Assembly: GCA_904063045.1 (NCBI GenBank)
Contig: CAJFCJ010000007.1
Span: 864,819 to 928,818, forward strand
Direction: 5' to 3'
DNA length: 64,000 nt
Source of the DNA: Dimorphilus gyrociliatus
Lineage: Eukaryota > Animalia > Annelida
Shown: positions 24,295-40,847 of the stretch, piece after piece
Layout: every line of letters begins with the position of its first letter
How positions within the stretch are numbered: position 1 is the stretch's first letter
The notes under the pieces: model-generated
Database searches by the model: none
What the model was told of the DNA's origin: nothing
Seen by the model: only the letters and a program-made list of their open reading frames with translations
Position numbers and translations under genes: made by a program

Positions 24295-27200
24295 ATGGCA
24301 GAAGTAGATTCGGTTACTTTGGTAACAATGAATTTTATACTAATAGTTGATGTAGTTAATAAATATTTTGTAATTATTTTTTAGGCCACTATCAATTACT
24401 ACATTAGAGAAAAGCAGTGGCGTCATGCCCAAAGTGCTGCTCAAGAGGGTCTAAGGAAATATAACAATGACTCAGTTCTTCGGTTCTTTAATGGATTTAC
24501 AATGGTTTTAGAGGGTTAATTTATTTTCTAAATAGTTCAATTTGAAGCTAACTCTAAACATTTCGAAAATAGACCGTGTACAAGATGGTATGAGAGAATT
24601 AGAATCTCTATTAGGGAAGAGAGACGTTAATTTGTGCACCTATATTGCCTTAATGTACGCTCATAAAATATGTCGAAGTGTTGGTGAGTAAACAGTTTTT
24701 ACTTTATTTTCAAAACTATATTTCTTATTGACGTACTTCAATAAAATGTCAATTTTTAATCTAATTTATTAATTCAGATAAGGAAGCTCTTATTCAATTA
24801 GACGAAAAATTAAAGTCAGAGAGAAAGCAAGCGGGAGAAAGGGTATTAAAGAAGTTTTAAACATTATTCAAGGCTAATTAATTCATATTCTAGGGTTTAT
24901 TCTATGCTGGTACAGTATTATATCATCTTGGTAAACCAGATAAAGCAAGGGAATATATAGATAGAATGCTTAAACAGAATGCAGAGTCCAAAGACGTTAG
25001 TATACATATATAATATATATATATATTTTAGTGTAATATAAATACAATATATATATATGCAAATTTAGGGTTTGGCTCTAAGAGGTTGGATAGAACTAGA
25101 AGCTGGAAGAGATTCGAAAAAAGCAGTAAAATACTTTGATGAAGCTTTAGGGTATAGTTTTTTTTTATTTTCTATTATAATTAAAGAAATACTCTACAAA
25201 CAATTAAATTTTGTCCTGGAAATGTTTTTTTTTTGTTGATCAGAGAGCCACCTAGGTATTGAAATTTCTCTGAATGTTTTGTTTTACTATATTTTATTAT
25301 GATTTTACTATGGATTCCATAACTTTACTATTAATTTCCTACTTCAACAAATGTATCAATTTTTTTCTTAATTAAAAATTTTTTTCAACTTATTGTAAAC
25401 TGATTACAAGTTTACTTTGAGTACTTTATTTTCGATATATTCTATTGTTCTATTCAAAGAATACATCTAGACATTTTTTACTAATTTATTCTTTTTAATG
25501 GTACTTTTCATTTTTACCGTGTTCATCATTTTTCTGCAGTCAAGCAGGACAAAAGGAAGTTGATGCTCTATTTGGTAAAGCTAAATTTTTCGAACAACGT
25601 AAAAACTATTCCGGAGCTATTGAGCTAATCAATCAGATTGTTGTCTCCGTTCCAAAAATGGTTGCTGCACTTGTTGAAAAGATGAAACTTCAATTATCTC
25701 TTCAGGACTGGGATTTAGCAATAGATGTTGCTCAGAGAGCATTAGTAATCGATTCAGGCTGTTTAGAAGCAAATCGTTTTATAATCCTACAAATTTTGTG
25801 TAGAGAAGGAAACTACGAAGAAGTATAAGAGTGATTTCGGAATTTTTTACTTCGTTTTCTAATTATATTTCTCTTGTCTGCTAGGCTGGGAATCTTATAG
25901 GAGAATTATTAGGGCATATGGAACGAACCGAACCGAAGAATGCCTACCTATTTAATGAATATAGTAAAACATTTTCAAGATTGGTTTGTAATTCAAGTTC
26001 GACATTTTTAAAATACAAATTGATTAAAACTTTTCACAGAGTGGTAGAAGTCCACACATTTTACAGCAAACCTACGCTCTCCAGGAAAAAGCAGTTTCCA
26101 TACAAAATACTAAATCTGAATATTTGAATGAATTAGGATTGCAAATGTTCATGCAAGGTCGAGTTAAAGACTCTCTAAAATGTTATAGAAATGCCATGAA
26201 ATACGATGAAAATTCTGTTGCTGCTCTTACGGGAGTTATTCGATGTCAATTGCAAGAAGATCAATTGAATGATGCTTCGCAACAATTGGAATTTTTAAAT
26301 GAAATTCAACAAAATATCGGAAAAAGCCCGGTATTGATTCTTTTTAATTAGAAATACTTTATATAAGATGAATCATGTATTGAAAATTTCTAGGAATTAT
26401 GCTTCTTAACTGCGATATTGGCTAGGAAAAAAGGAAAATCTCCAGAAACTGTTATAGATTTATTATCTGAAGCAGTAGAGTTACACTTTGCAAATCTAAG
26501 GGTAAGAAGTTTAGTTAAAGTATAATAAATAACAATATATATCTCACTTGCAGGGATTGGTTTTGGGAACTGATTATTTTTACAACTTCAACCCTGACTT
26601 TTTGATCGAAATTGTTGAAGAATATATGAACTACGCTCCCCAACAACCTCCTACCGCAAAGGGTCAACCAATTGATCCTGTCCTTAAGAAATGTTCATTT
26701 ATTCTTGATCCATTGACAAAAAATATCCCTGGTAGTATGGAGGCTCTGTTTCTAATGGCGAAAGTAAAGTACCTTACTGGAAATATTGATATTGCTCAAG
26801 GAACTTTGAAAAAGTGTTTGGATATTGACAGTACATTCTCCGATGGTCATGTTCTTATGGCTCAAATTTACTCTCATCAAGGAAATTTTAAATTGGCAAA
26901 CCAATCCTTGGATTATGGTTTGAGTTACAACTTTGAAGTGAGAGAGCATCCATTATATCATCTCATCAAAGCGAGAATTTTCAAAAAACAAGAGGACTAT
27001 GAACAAGCTAGGAATACGTTACAAGCTGCTATGCAACTACCAGGAGTAAAATGTAAAAATTTCATTGAAATTTCTATACACGCTTTAAATTTTCATTTTT
27101 TTTGTCTTTACACAGCAAACAGCCAACAAACTAATAAAAAGAAAATTTCTATCTCAACTAACGATCGTGTGTCGGTTTTCTTAGAATTGGCAGAAGCTCA

Positions 27201-30017
27201 TAGACACTTGGATGAACAACATGAAGCTGCAAAGGTAATGCAAGATGCTCTTAATGAATTCCAAGGAACCCCTGAAGAAATTAGGATAACAGTTGCTAAT
27301 TCGGATTTGGCTTTGGCTAGGGGAGATGTAGAAGGAGCCCTTGCTATGTTGAGAAATGTTGCGCCTGATCAAGCATATTTCGTTCAAGCTAGAGAGAAAA
27401 TGGCTGAAATTTACTTGAATTATAGAAAGGATAAGCGTTTGTACGCTTCTTGTTACAGGTATTGTTAATTTACCAATCTAAAAATTCTATAATTGTATGT
27501 TTTAAATATTATTCAGAGAACTAGTTGACAAACATCCTAGCCCAGAGACATGCTTACTCTTAGGAGACGCTTATATGGCTATTCAAGAGGTTGGATAGTT
27601 TTATTCAATTATTTCAAAATATCCTCATTATTTAAATACAGCCGGAAAAAGCAATAGAAGTATACGAATCGGCATTAAAGAAGAATCCTCGCGACTATGG
27701 CCTGGCTCAAAAAATTGGACAAGCCCTAGTTAAAACTCATAATTATAATAAAGCAATCAATTATTACGAAGCAGCATTAAAGGCTGGAGGTCAAGCTCGA
27801 TTACGTTTCGATCTTGCAGAACTTCTTGTAAGAATTAGACAGTATGATAAAGCTGAAAAAGTACTAAATCAAGCTCTGGAGGCTGAAAATAGTTAGTATT
27901 CTTATAAGAAATTAGTCGATAGATATAAATTTTTCACACAAATGTAGATGCAACTGAGTTTGATAGTCTCATAAGTCAGAGTAAATATTATATTCTGCTA
28001 TCTCAATTGTATGCTAAGAGAGTCAACTCTTTGGAAAATCAAAATCAATGCATTGCCTATCTTCAAAAAGCAAAAGATGTTCAAAACAGGTATCAATTAT
28101 CTCTTGATCACTAATAGAATATTTACTGAAACATATCCCAAACAGAGTTTTAAGAAGAGTTACTATGGAGCAACCTGACAGTTTAGCCGAACAGAAAAAT
28201 CTAGCTGCCAAGTAATATTACGCTATTACAATAGCTAAATCAATTTATTACTTTTACCTTTTTAACAATATTATAGAATTTGTAAACAAATGGCTGAAAA
28301 TGCTTATAATGAAAGAGATTTTACGAAAGCAATACAAATTTACAAAGAGGCTCTTACCCATGCCGAAAATGATGGAAAGGTTGGAAAAGAAATTCAAAAT
28401 AGTTGGACAATTTTTAAGTAATCTTTCGTTTTTTATTTTCTATTTCAGCTAATGTTAGAGCTTGCCAAGTTGTATTTAACGACTGATAATTTAGATGAAT
28501 GCCAACACTTGTGTATGAGTCTTCTAAAGAAAGATGAAGAAACTGATGCAGCAACCATTGTACGATTTATTTAATACTTTAATTATTAATTTGAATATAG
28601 GATATTTTCAAATTCATATGTAGATGATGGCTGATGTAATGTTTAGAAAAAAGGATTATGAGCAAGCCACATATCACTTTAAACAACTTTTATCAAACCG
28701 TCCAGATAATTTTGAAGCGTTAGAAAGACTTGTCGATTTAATGAGGAGAGCAGGGCAGTTGGAAGATGTTCCAAAATTTTTAGAGATGGCTGAAAAAGCT
28801 AGTTCAAGGGCCAATATTGAAGCTGGCTTTAATTATTGTAAAGGATTGTACTATTGGTATGCAGGAGATCCGACTACAGCCTTAAATCTTTTTAACAAAG
28901 CTAGAAAAGATAGTGAATGGGGATTAAAATCTATGTATGCTAAACTCAACGTCTTCCTTATAAGAGTTTTCGCATTTATGACTTTCTTTCTTTTTAAGGT
29001 ACAATATGATTGAAATTTGTCTAAATCCTGACAATGAAACACTTGGTGGAGAAGTATTTGAAGCAGTTGATGCTGATCCATCGTAATTATTTAACTAATA
29101 AGGATTTATTGACTGCAGTCATAATATTGAATTTTGAACAGAGAAAGACAAGATACGGAACAATTTGCTGCTATGAAAACTGCAGAAAAGTTTATTAAAG
29201 AGTTGAAACCTAAACAAAATGATTTGAAACCAGTAATTTTACATTGCATGTGGTTGATAGCGACCAAGAAGCGACAGAACGTTGACGAGGCTGTCAATAC
29301 ATTAAGCGAATTAGTAATGGAAGAGCAGCAAGTAATAGTCTTTAAGATACATATTGAAATTGTTAGATAAATGTTACAAACGTTTGTTTTCATTTACAAA
29401 AATAGTCTAAGGAAAATGTCGAGGCTCTACATGGTATGGCCGTGGCTTTTGTTGGTATGAAACAACAACAAAAAGCTAGGAATTTTTTGAAGAGAATTGC
29501 TAAAGCACCTTGGAATATGGAGGTAAGATTCATAGACTAATCAAAGATTTTTTGCTAAAATGGCCTTACTATTCCTAGGATGCCGAGGCTTTGGAAAGGT
29601 CATGGCTCTTACTCGCTGACATGCACATTCAAACTGGAAAGCACGATTTAGCTGTTGAACTGCTAAAAAAAGTTATACAATACAATGCCTCTTGCGCAAA
29701 AGCCTACGAATATCTGGGTCACGTGATGGAAAAAGAACAAAGCTATGAAGATGCAGCGAATAATTACGAACAAGCGTGGAAATATAGTCACGAAAATAAT
29801 CCGAACATAGGTAAGAATGAAGATAATAAGATAATCAACGATAATAGAAGTAATCTTTCTCTTTCATTCAGGATTTAAACTAGCTTTCAATTATCTGAAG
29901 TCTAAAAGATACGTTGGAGCAATTGATGTTTGCCAAAAGGTAATAGATAAGAATCCAAACTATCCCAGGATAAAGAAAGAAATACTGGAGAAAGCAAGAC
30001 AAAACATTAGAACATAA
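24295..30017 (+). CDS. TTC21B: Tetratricopeptide repeat protein 21B (IFT139, IFT-A subunit)
   Basis: 24 exons reconstructed through 23 GT-AG introns. Continuous similarity to recalled TTC21B ([86 protein letters not shown]). Confidence 0.95.
24313..24326 (+). promoter_or_regulatory. Candidate RFX X-box overlapping the exon 1/intron 1 junction of TTC21B
   Basis: GTTACT TT GGTAAC fits the X-box consensus RYHNYY-WT-RSHRAY, 18 nt after the ATG of a ciliary IFT gene. Confidence 0.5.
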
Positions 30018-30206
30018 CTTCAAGACTCAAAAAGAAAAAAACTTTAATTATTCAAAACATTAAAATTTATCACTTTTTTTTTTGTTTTTTTTTTCAAATA
30101 AGAATTAAAAAGTATCACAAAAGGAGAATATTTCTTTTAAAAACGTAAAAACAAAGTATATAACAACAACAAATAGAAACAATAATAACGAGAAATTATA
30201 TAAATG

Positions 30207-31487
30207 TTACATAACATATGAATCAATTTCTTCGTTAGAAATTTCTTCTTTAATTTCAATTTCTTCGCAAATATTTGAACGTTTTCTTTTTTTTTTAAAT
30301 GAACATAAAGGTAAAATACCTATATTTTCGTCTTTAAACTTTCTCTTTTGTTTAATCGTTTCTTTCCTCCTTTCTAATCTTTTCTTTTTACGTTTCTCTA
30401 AATATTCTTCTAATTCTTCAAGATTATTAAAAAAAGGAATTTCATCGTCATCATCATCATCATCATCATCATCATCGTCGTCGTCTTCTTTTTCTTCTAC
30501 TTCTTCAACATCATTTTTATCATTTCTACTGTCTCTATCATCTTTGTTATTTAGTTTGGGGGTTTCGTTACTTTCAGTTTTAAAACAAATCTTATCATCT
30601 TGTAATTCTTTTAATAAAGTCCTCTGATATTTAACAACGTCCAGCGTGTGAAAGAAGAGATGCTTCTCTGATATTTTTTCATTGGGTTTTAATTTTTTCA
30701 ATAATTTCAATAGCAAAAAACGAATTACACTTTTATACTTATTTAATGTAATATCGCTTAAATAAAAGCTAAAATTTGGTGAATACTGTTCAATAAATGA
30801 TTCAAAAGAGGTAGACCCTTTCAAAACTTCCCTCTTATTATGACCCCGCCATGCTTCGTATGCAGTTAGAGCAACGAAAACATCAATATGACTTTTGCCA
30901 GTTACCAGCCAAGCTTTTTCACAAAGCTTCATAAGTTTTACTGTTGATGTACACACTTCTTTTTCAAGGGTTGTGCTTTCAAGATATCTAGCAGTAACTT
31001 CTGCTATCGTTGAGCTTTTTATGACTATATCAAATTGTGACTTTACTACATATACTGCTTTATATATGGATCCTACATCTATTCCTGACGTTCTAGTTAT
31101 ATCTTTCATCGTTAGATTTATTCCATTTTGTCGACAAACTATATAAATGCAAGCTAAAGCCAATGCTGCTTTACTTTTCGATTTTTTGTGTATATTCTCA
31201 TCATAAACTTTCTGTACAAAATTCGTAATCGTTTCTCTCGTTATTTTATCCAAACGAAGATGTTTTGAGTTTGTATCAGCAATAGAGAGCATCTCGAAGA
31301 AAATTTTCGTCCTTAAACGTTCTGTGTTTCTTATTTTTTTTTCATCGTAAGATTGAACGAATTCTCTACGATCGTCAACTAAATCATTACTTTCTTGAAC
31401 TGCTCCACAATTGTAGCACACCTGTAGACACTGTCCAGCTAGGTTTTCTTCTCCAAGATTCGAGCTTTGACATTCTGTACAGCTCAT
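30207..31487 (-). CDS. BRF2: TFIIB-related factor 2 (TFIIIB 50 kDa subunit)-like, intronless, 426 aa
   Basis: N-terminal Zn ribbon (CTEC...CYNCG), two cyclin folds (LALACIYIVCRQ), short C-terminus with LPLC pin motif and EEISNEEIDSYV, resembling BRF2 LPPC...ENISDSEIEQYL rather than the long BRF1 tail. Confidence 0.8.
   Translation of the reverse strand: MSCTECQSSNLGEENLAGQCLQVCYNCGAVQESNDLVDDRREFVQSYDEKKIRNTERLRTKIFFEMLSIADTNSKHLRLDKITRETITNFVQKVYDENIHKKSKSKAALALACIYIVCRQNGINLTMKDITRTSGIDVGSIYKAVYVVKSQFDIVIKSSTIAEVTARYLESTTLEKEVCTSTVKLMKLCEKAWLVTGKSHIDVFVALTAYEAWRGHNKREVLKGSTSFESFIEQYSPNFSFYLSDITLNKYKSVIRFLLLKLLKKLKPNEKISEKHLFFHTLDVVKYQRTLLKELQDDKICFKTESNETPKLNNKDDRDSRNDKNDVEEVEEKEDDDDDDDDDDDDDDEIPFFNNLEELEEYLEKRKKKRLERRKETIKQKRKFKDENIGILPLCSFKKKRKRSNICEEIEIKEEISNEEIDSYVM
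30444..30485 (-). repeat. (GAT/GAC)n coding trinucleotide repeat giving a poly-Asp tract in BRF2
   Basis: About 14 consecutive Asp codons on the minus strand. Confidence 0.95.
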
Positions 31488-31857
31488 ATCCTAATCGATG
31501 AATCTCTTCGTTTCAGTTTTATAACAATATACAACGTAATAAGGAGTCGTTTGAAATTGAGAAACCGCGAACGGAACCGGAAGCCAAATTAGCAGAATAG
31601 AGATATCACATGATAGTTAATAATTTTCGCATTCGCCTCCTACGTGGAAAGCGAAATCGGAATTTCATAAAATTATCGACCTCTTTCGTAAGAAGTCTTT
31701 TAGATAAACGTACTTTATTACAAAATTAGAAGAGAAAAAGAAAAACAGCTGAGAAACGGAAACGGAAATTATTGACTGTTCAATCTCGCATGATTGATAC
31801 AAGAAACTCGGCTTAAGTAACATTTAATTCAGGAATTAGAAGATATGTTTTAAATAA
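31488..31857. promoter_or_regulatory. Bidirectional promoter region BRF2 / PI4K2
   Basis: 370 bp between divergent ATGs, containing CCGGAAG (ETS, 31577), TCACATGA (E-box) and CpG-containing sequence. Confidence 0.45.
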
Positions 31858-36819
<4,962 letters not shown>

Positions 36820-37130
36820 AATTTTTTAAGGAAAACGAATGAAAAGTTTTAAAAATTTGGTTCAATGTGATTTATTTTTGTTCAATTGAATTCACAGACC
36901 TATCATGCTTAAGCTAAAATAAACCTTGAAAATTATTCCATATTTTAATATTTTGAAAAAGTTTTAAATGTTTTATTGTCTTTATTATATCTATTTGTCG
37001 AACAATGAATGGAACTTTGATATTTTATAAGAAATCAGTGTTTAACAAATCAAAACACTGTCTCTTTTTTTTTGGCGGTGACACAAACAAAATATTTAAA
37101 TATTTCTAAAGAATCACAATATAAAATAAA

Positions 37131-38182
37131 ATGCATTTATCAAGAAATATATTTACAGTCCTTAAACGAAATTATAGTAAAACTCTACTACCCAACCAAT
37201 TAAAGAGGCTGTACAAGGAGAGACTACTTCCTGTTGAGAAAAATTATAGCTTCCAGGAATTTCATTCGCCTCCTCTTGAAGATAATGATTTTGAGTCTAA
37301 GCCTAACGTTCTACTCGTGGGTCAATATTCTACGGGAAAGTCTACTATGATAAGGTTCCTAGCGGGACAAGACTTTCCCGGCTATAGAGCAGGTCCGGAA
37401 CCGACTACGGATAAATTTATAGTGATATGCGGAGGAGAGAAAAAGGAGGTCATACCGGGAAATGCTCTAGTCGTTGATACTTCAAAACAATTTAGACAAT
37501 TGTCACAATATGGAAACGCATTTCTTCAAAGATTACAATGTTCCATTGTAAATAATTCAGGGGAGTGATTGTTCAAAAAAAACTGGTTTATACTTTTATA
37601 ATGAAATGATCAAAGCGTACCGACTCAATTTGCGTCAATTACCTTTTTTTTGAACATCACCCCCTCCCACCTATAACTTTTAGCAGTTCTTCAACATGTA
37701 ACAATGATCGATACACCTGGGATATTATCAGGTGAGAAGCAGAGAATAGATAGGGGTTACAACTATGCCAGTGTTATGTCCTGGTTTGCCGAAAGAGCCG
37801 ATTTAATAATTTTGTTATTCGATGCTCATAAATTGGATATTTCCGACGAATTTCGTTCGGTAATCGAATCTCTGAAACCGCAAGAGGAAAAAGTGAGAGT
37901 TGTACTCAATAAGGCTGATATGATTAATACACAATCATTAATGAGAGTTTACGGAGCTCTAATGTGGAGTTTAGGTAAAATACTACAAACTCCCGAAGTT
38001 GTAAGAGTATATATAGGTTCATTTTGGGAAGAGGCTTTAAAATATGATGAAAATAGGAAACTATTCGAATCTGAACTTCATAATCTAATTGACGATATTC
38101 AACGACTACCTATAAATAGTTCAATTAGAAAATTAAATGATCTAATTAAAAGGGCAAGGTAAACAATCTTAAATAGGTTATC

Positions 38183-38217
<35 letters not shown>

Positions 38218-38971
38218 CAATTCAATAGAGTAGTTAAAGTTCATGCGAATATAATGAATAAATTGAAAAGTAAAACTCCTTACTTATTTAATAAAGAACG
38301 AAAGAAAGAAGATTTAATAAGAAATTTACGTGAAACATTCTATCAAATTCAAAGAGATGAATTAATTTCTATTGGTGATTTACCGGATTTTAATCAATTT
38401 CAAAATAATTTGCGCAATTATGATTGGTCGAAAATGTACTATTACAAACCAAAGTTGATTGTTGATATTGATAATTTATCAAATGAAATATCAACAATTT
38501 TATCGGAGAGCAGCGTAAATAAGGACAATGAGAATTTCACGAACACAAATAGCATATTGACAAACTACTCAAATTCCCTTTTTGGTTCGATTTCTAGTGA
38601 AGGTTTATAAGTATTCAATCATAGACGGATTAATAGTTTTTGTTCTATTTTCAGGCATAAATAAAGGGAAGAGAGGACAATGGATAGTGAAAGAGAATAG
38701 GGAAAAATATGACAAAATATTTACTACTCTATCAACAGACGGACAAGTTTGTAGCGATTCTGCTAAACAATATTTTCTCAGCACGAAATTGCCAAGTATA
38801 GTTTTATCTAAAATATGGAAATTAGCCGATATATCGAATGATGGAACTCTCGATAAAGATGAATTTGCTTTGGCAATGTATTTAATTGATATTAAATTAA
38901 AAGGACATAATTTACCCGATAAAATTCCATTTCATTTAATCCCACCGTCCAAACGTCATTTATCAACATGA
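37131..38971 (+). CDS. EHD: EH domain-containing dynamin-like ATPase (EHD/Past1/RME-1 family), divergent paralog
   Basis: Exons 37131..37560, 37687..38158, 38229..38602, 38655..38971. G1 GQYSTGKS, EPTT, G3 DTPG, G4 NKAD, helical domain, and C-terminal EH domain (LSKIWKLAD...LDKDEFALAMYLI). Confidence 0.92.
38184..38215. repeat. (TA)n microsatellite filling about half of a 70 bp EHD intron
   Basis: TA run inside intron 38159..38228. Confidence 0.95.
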
Positions 38972-39156
38972 ACAAAAGTCAATAAACCTTTTCAATTACT
39001 AATTAAAGTCATAAAACTTCGTCTTTTATTCATCATTTCACATTATTTCATTCCTATTAACAACATAGTTAATTCAGCCAAACGTAACGAAATAAATCAA
39101 CTCAATAGTGTACTGATAATGTCTATTAACATTCTAAGAATTTAAGCGCGAAAACT

Positions 39157-40847
39157 TCAAGATTGATCCGACGAGGATGATGCATCACTATAGTCGGTGA
39201 TTGTAGAAATAGTTACAATGTCTTGATTTGAACTTTCCGAGTAATTCCTTCTCCTTTTGCGGATTATATAATAAGTTAATCCAAGAATGATAATCGCAGC
39301 AATTGAGCCTTAAAAAAAGAAAATACCTCTATACTAATATTACTATATTATTGTTTTCCTTTATTAACAACCTATTCCGGAGAAGGATAAGAGAAATGCA
39401 TATTTGTTTCTTGTTAAATTAGCTTTAGAAAAATCTGGAAAATCATGAAAAACAGGATATTTACGCTTCGTTAAACTTTCAACTCTTTGTATTCCTATAT
39501 TTCGTTTAAATTTTTCAGTATTATTCACAACTTCTAAATACTTTATAGACTTTTTAGTAGGTTTAATAGTTATTTTACAATCTTCACTAAATGTATATCC
39601 AAATATGGTTGAAAATTCATTGGTTTTGTTAGAATGTACACTAAAAATAGTTGGCATGGTATCAACTTTAGTACTTTTCATTGGACAATCGAATAGCTTT
39701 ATTATGGTATATCTACCATCGCATAAACGTTTATATATAATGTCCATTAACCAAGTAAAATCTGAAGGACAACCATAAATCTTTTCTATGTCTAATCTTT
39801 GTACTACTTGAAATAGCTCTTTAATAAATGCTCCTCTTCCTATATTATCGTCTGTTGGAATTTCTAAACCACCGTCTAGTTTTAAATCTTCTGTTATCCT
39901 TAAATCTATATTTAATGTAAAGATAGCGCAATTGTATTGTATATGAATATCGTTAATTGATGTCATTTAAATTTCATTAATAGGTGGCGTTACCTTTGCA
40001 AATTTAAAAAAAAAACTTAAGTTTTATATACTACAATTTTTTACTTACCAAAGTCCTCAGTCCAATCTAAAATATAGGAATTGACATGCAAACTTCCAAT
40101 AGACGTTATTGTTGGTGGGTTGTCATAACAATTAAAAAAATTAGTCATTTGCGATATTACGTAATCTTCTTCTAATTGGGAAAATTCGTTGATTGTCTTT
40201 TCATAAACTTGATTGATTTGCCCAAAATCATTAGCATCCAACGGGGGTTTTATTGTAAACTTCTTTTGTATGGTTTTTATTTGTTCCCTTATTTCTTTGT
40301 GCACCACTATTAATCTTTGTATAGTGTTAACCTTTAGACCACATGGTATTATGACCTAGTATAAAAAAAAAGGAAAAAAACACAACTACTTCTTTAATTT
40401 TAACTATAAAACTAAGGAAACCTGATCAAGAACCAACTCTTTCATACTTATTGAACTGTTCATATTTTCAATAAATATTGGAAATTGAGAACAAGAAGAA
40501 ATTGATAATGAACCATAATCTTCTCTTAAAGCTCTTACATCATTCGCTCGAAGATTTATTGATGAAAGTTTAATATCATATTTTTCATTCTCTTTTGTAA
40601 ATTTGGCGAATTTACCCCTAAATCTTACTTTTTCATTTGGTATAACGCATTCAATATTTAGTTCTTTACCTAAGCCTAAGCATTTTATGACCTTTTCGTC
40701 GCCAATCTTCTTATCAGTTTTCGACGGTTTGCAGATAAAGGAGGTTAATTCTTCTGTACACGATTGTAGTTTACAAGCTGATAATTGAGATTGAACAAAA
40801 TGAACATGAAAGGAGAAAAATAATAATTTACCACAATAAACTTTCAT
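39157..40847 (-). CDS. Orphan type I single-pass membrane protein with Cys-containing ectodomain
   Basis: Exons 40847..40422, 40355..40049, 39905..39372, 39308..39157. Signal peptide MKVYCGKLLFFSFHVHFVQS. The last exon (missed by the ORF track) completes a TM helix (AFLLSFSGIGSIAAIIILGLTYYII), then RKRRR stop-transfer and a short Ser/Asp tail. Confidence 0.65.
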
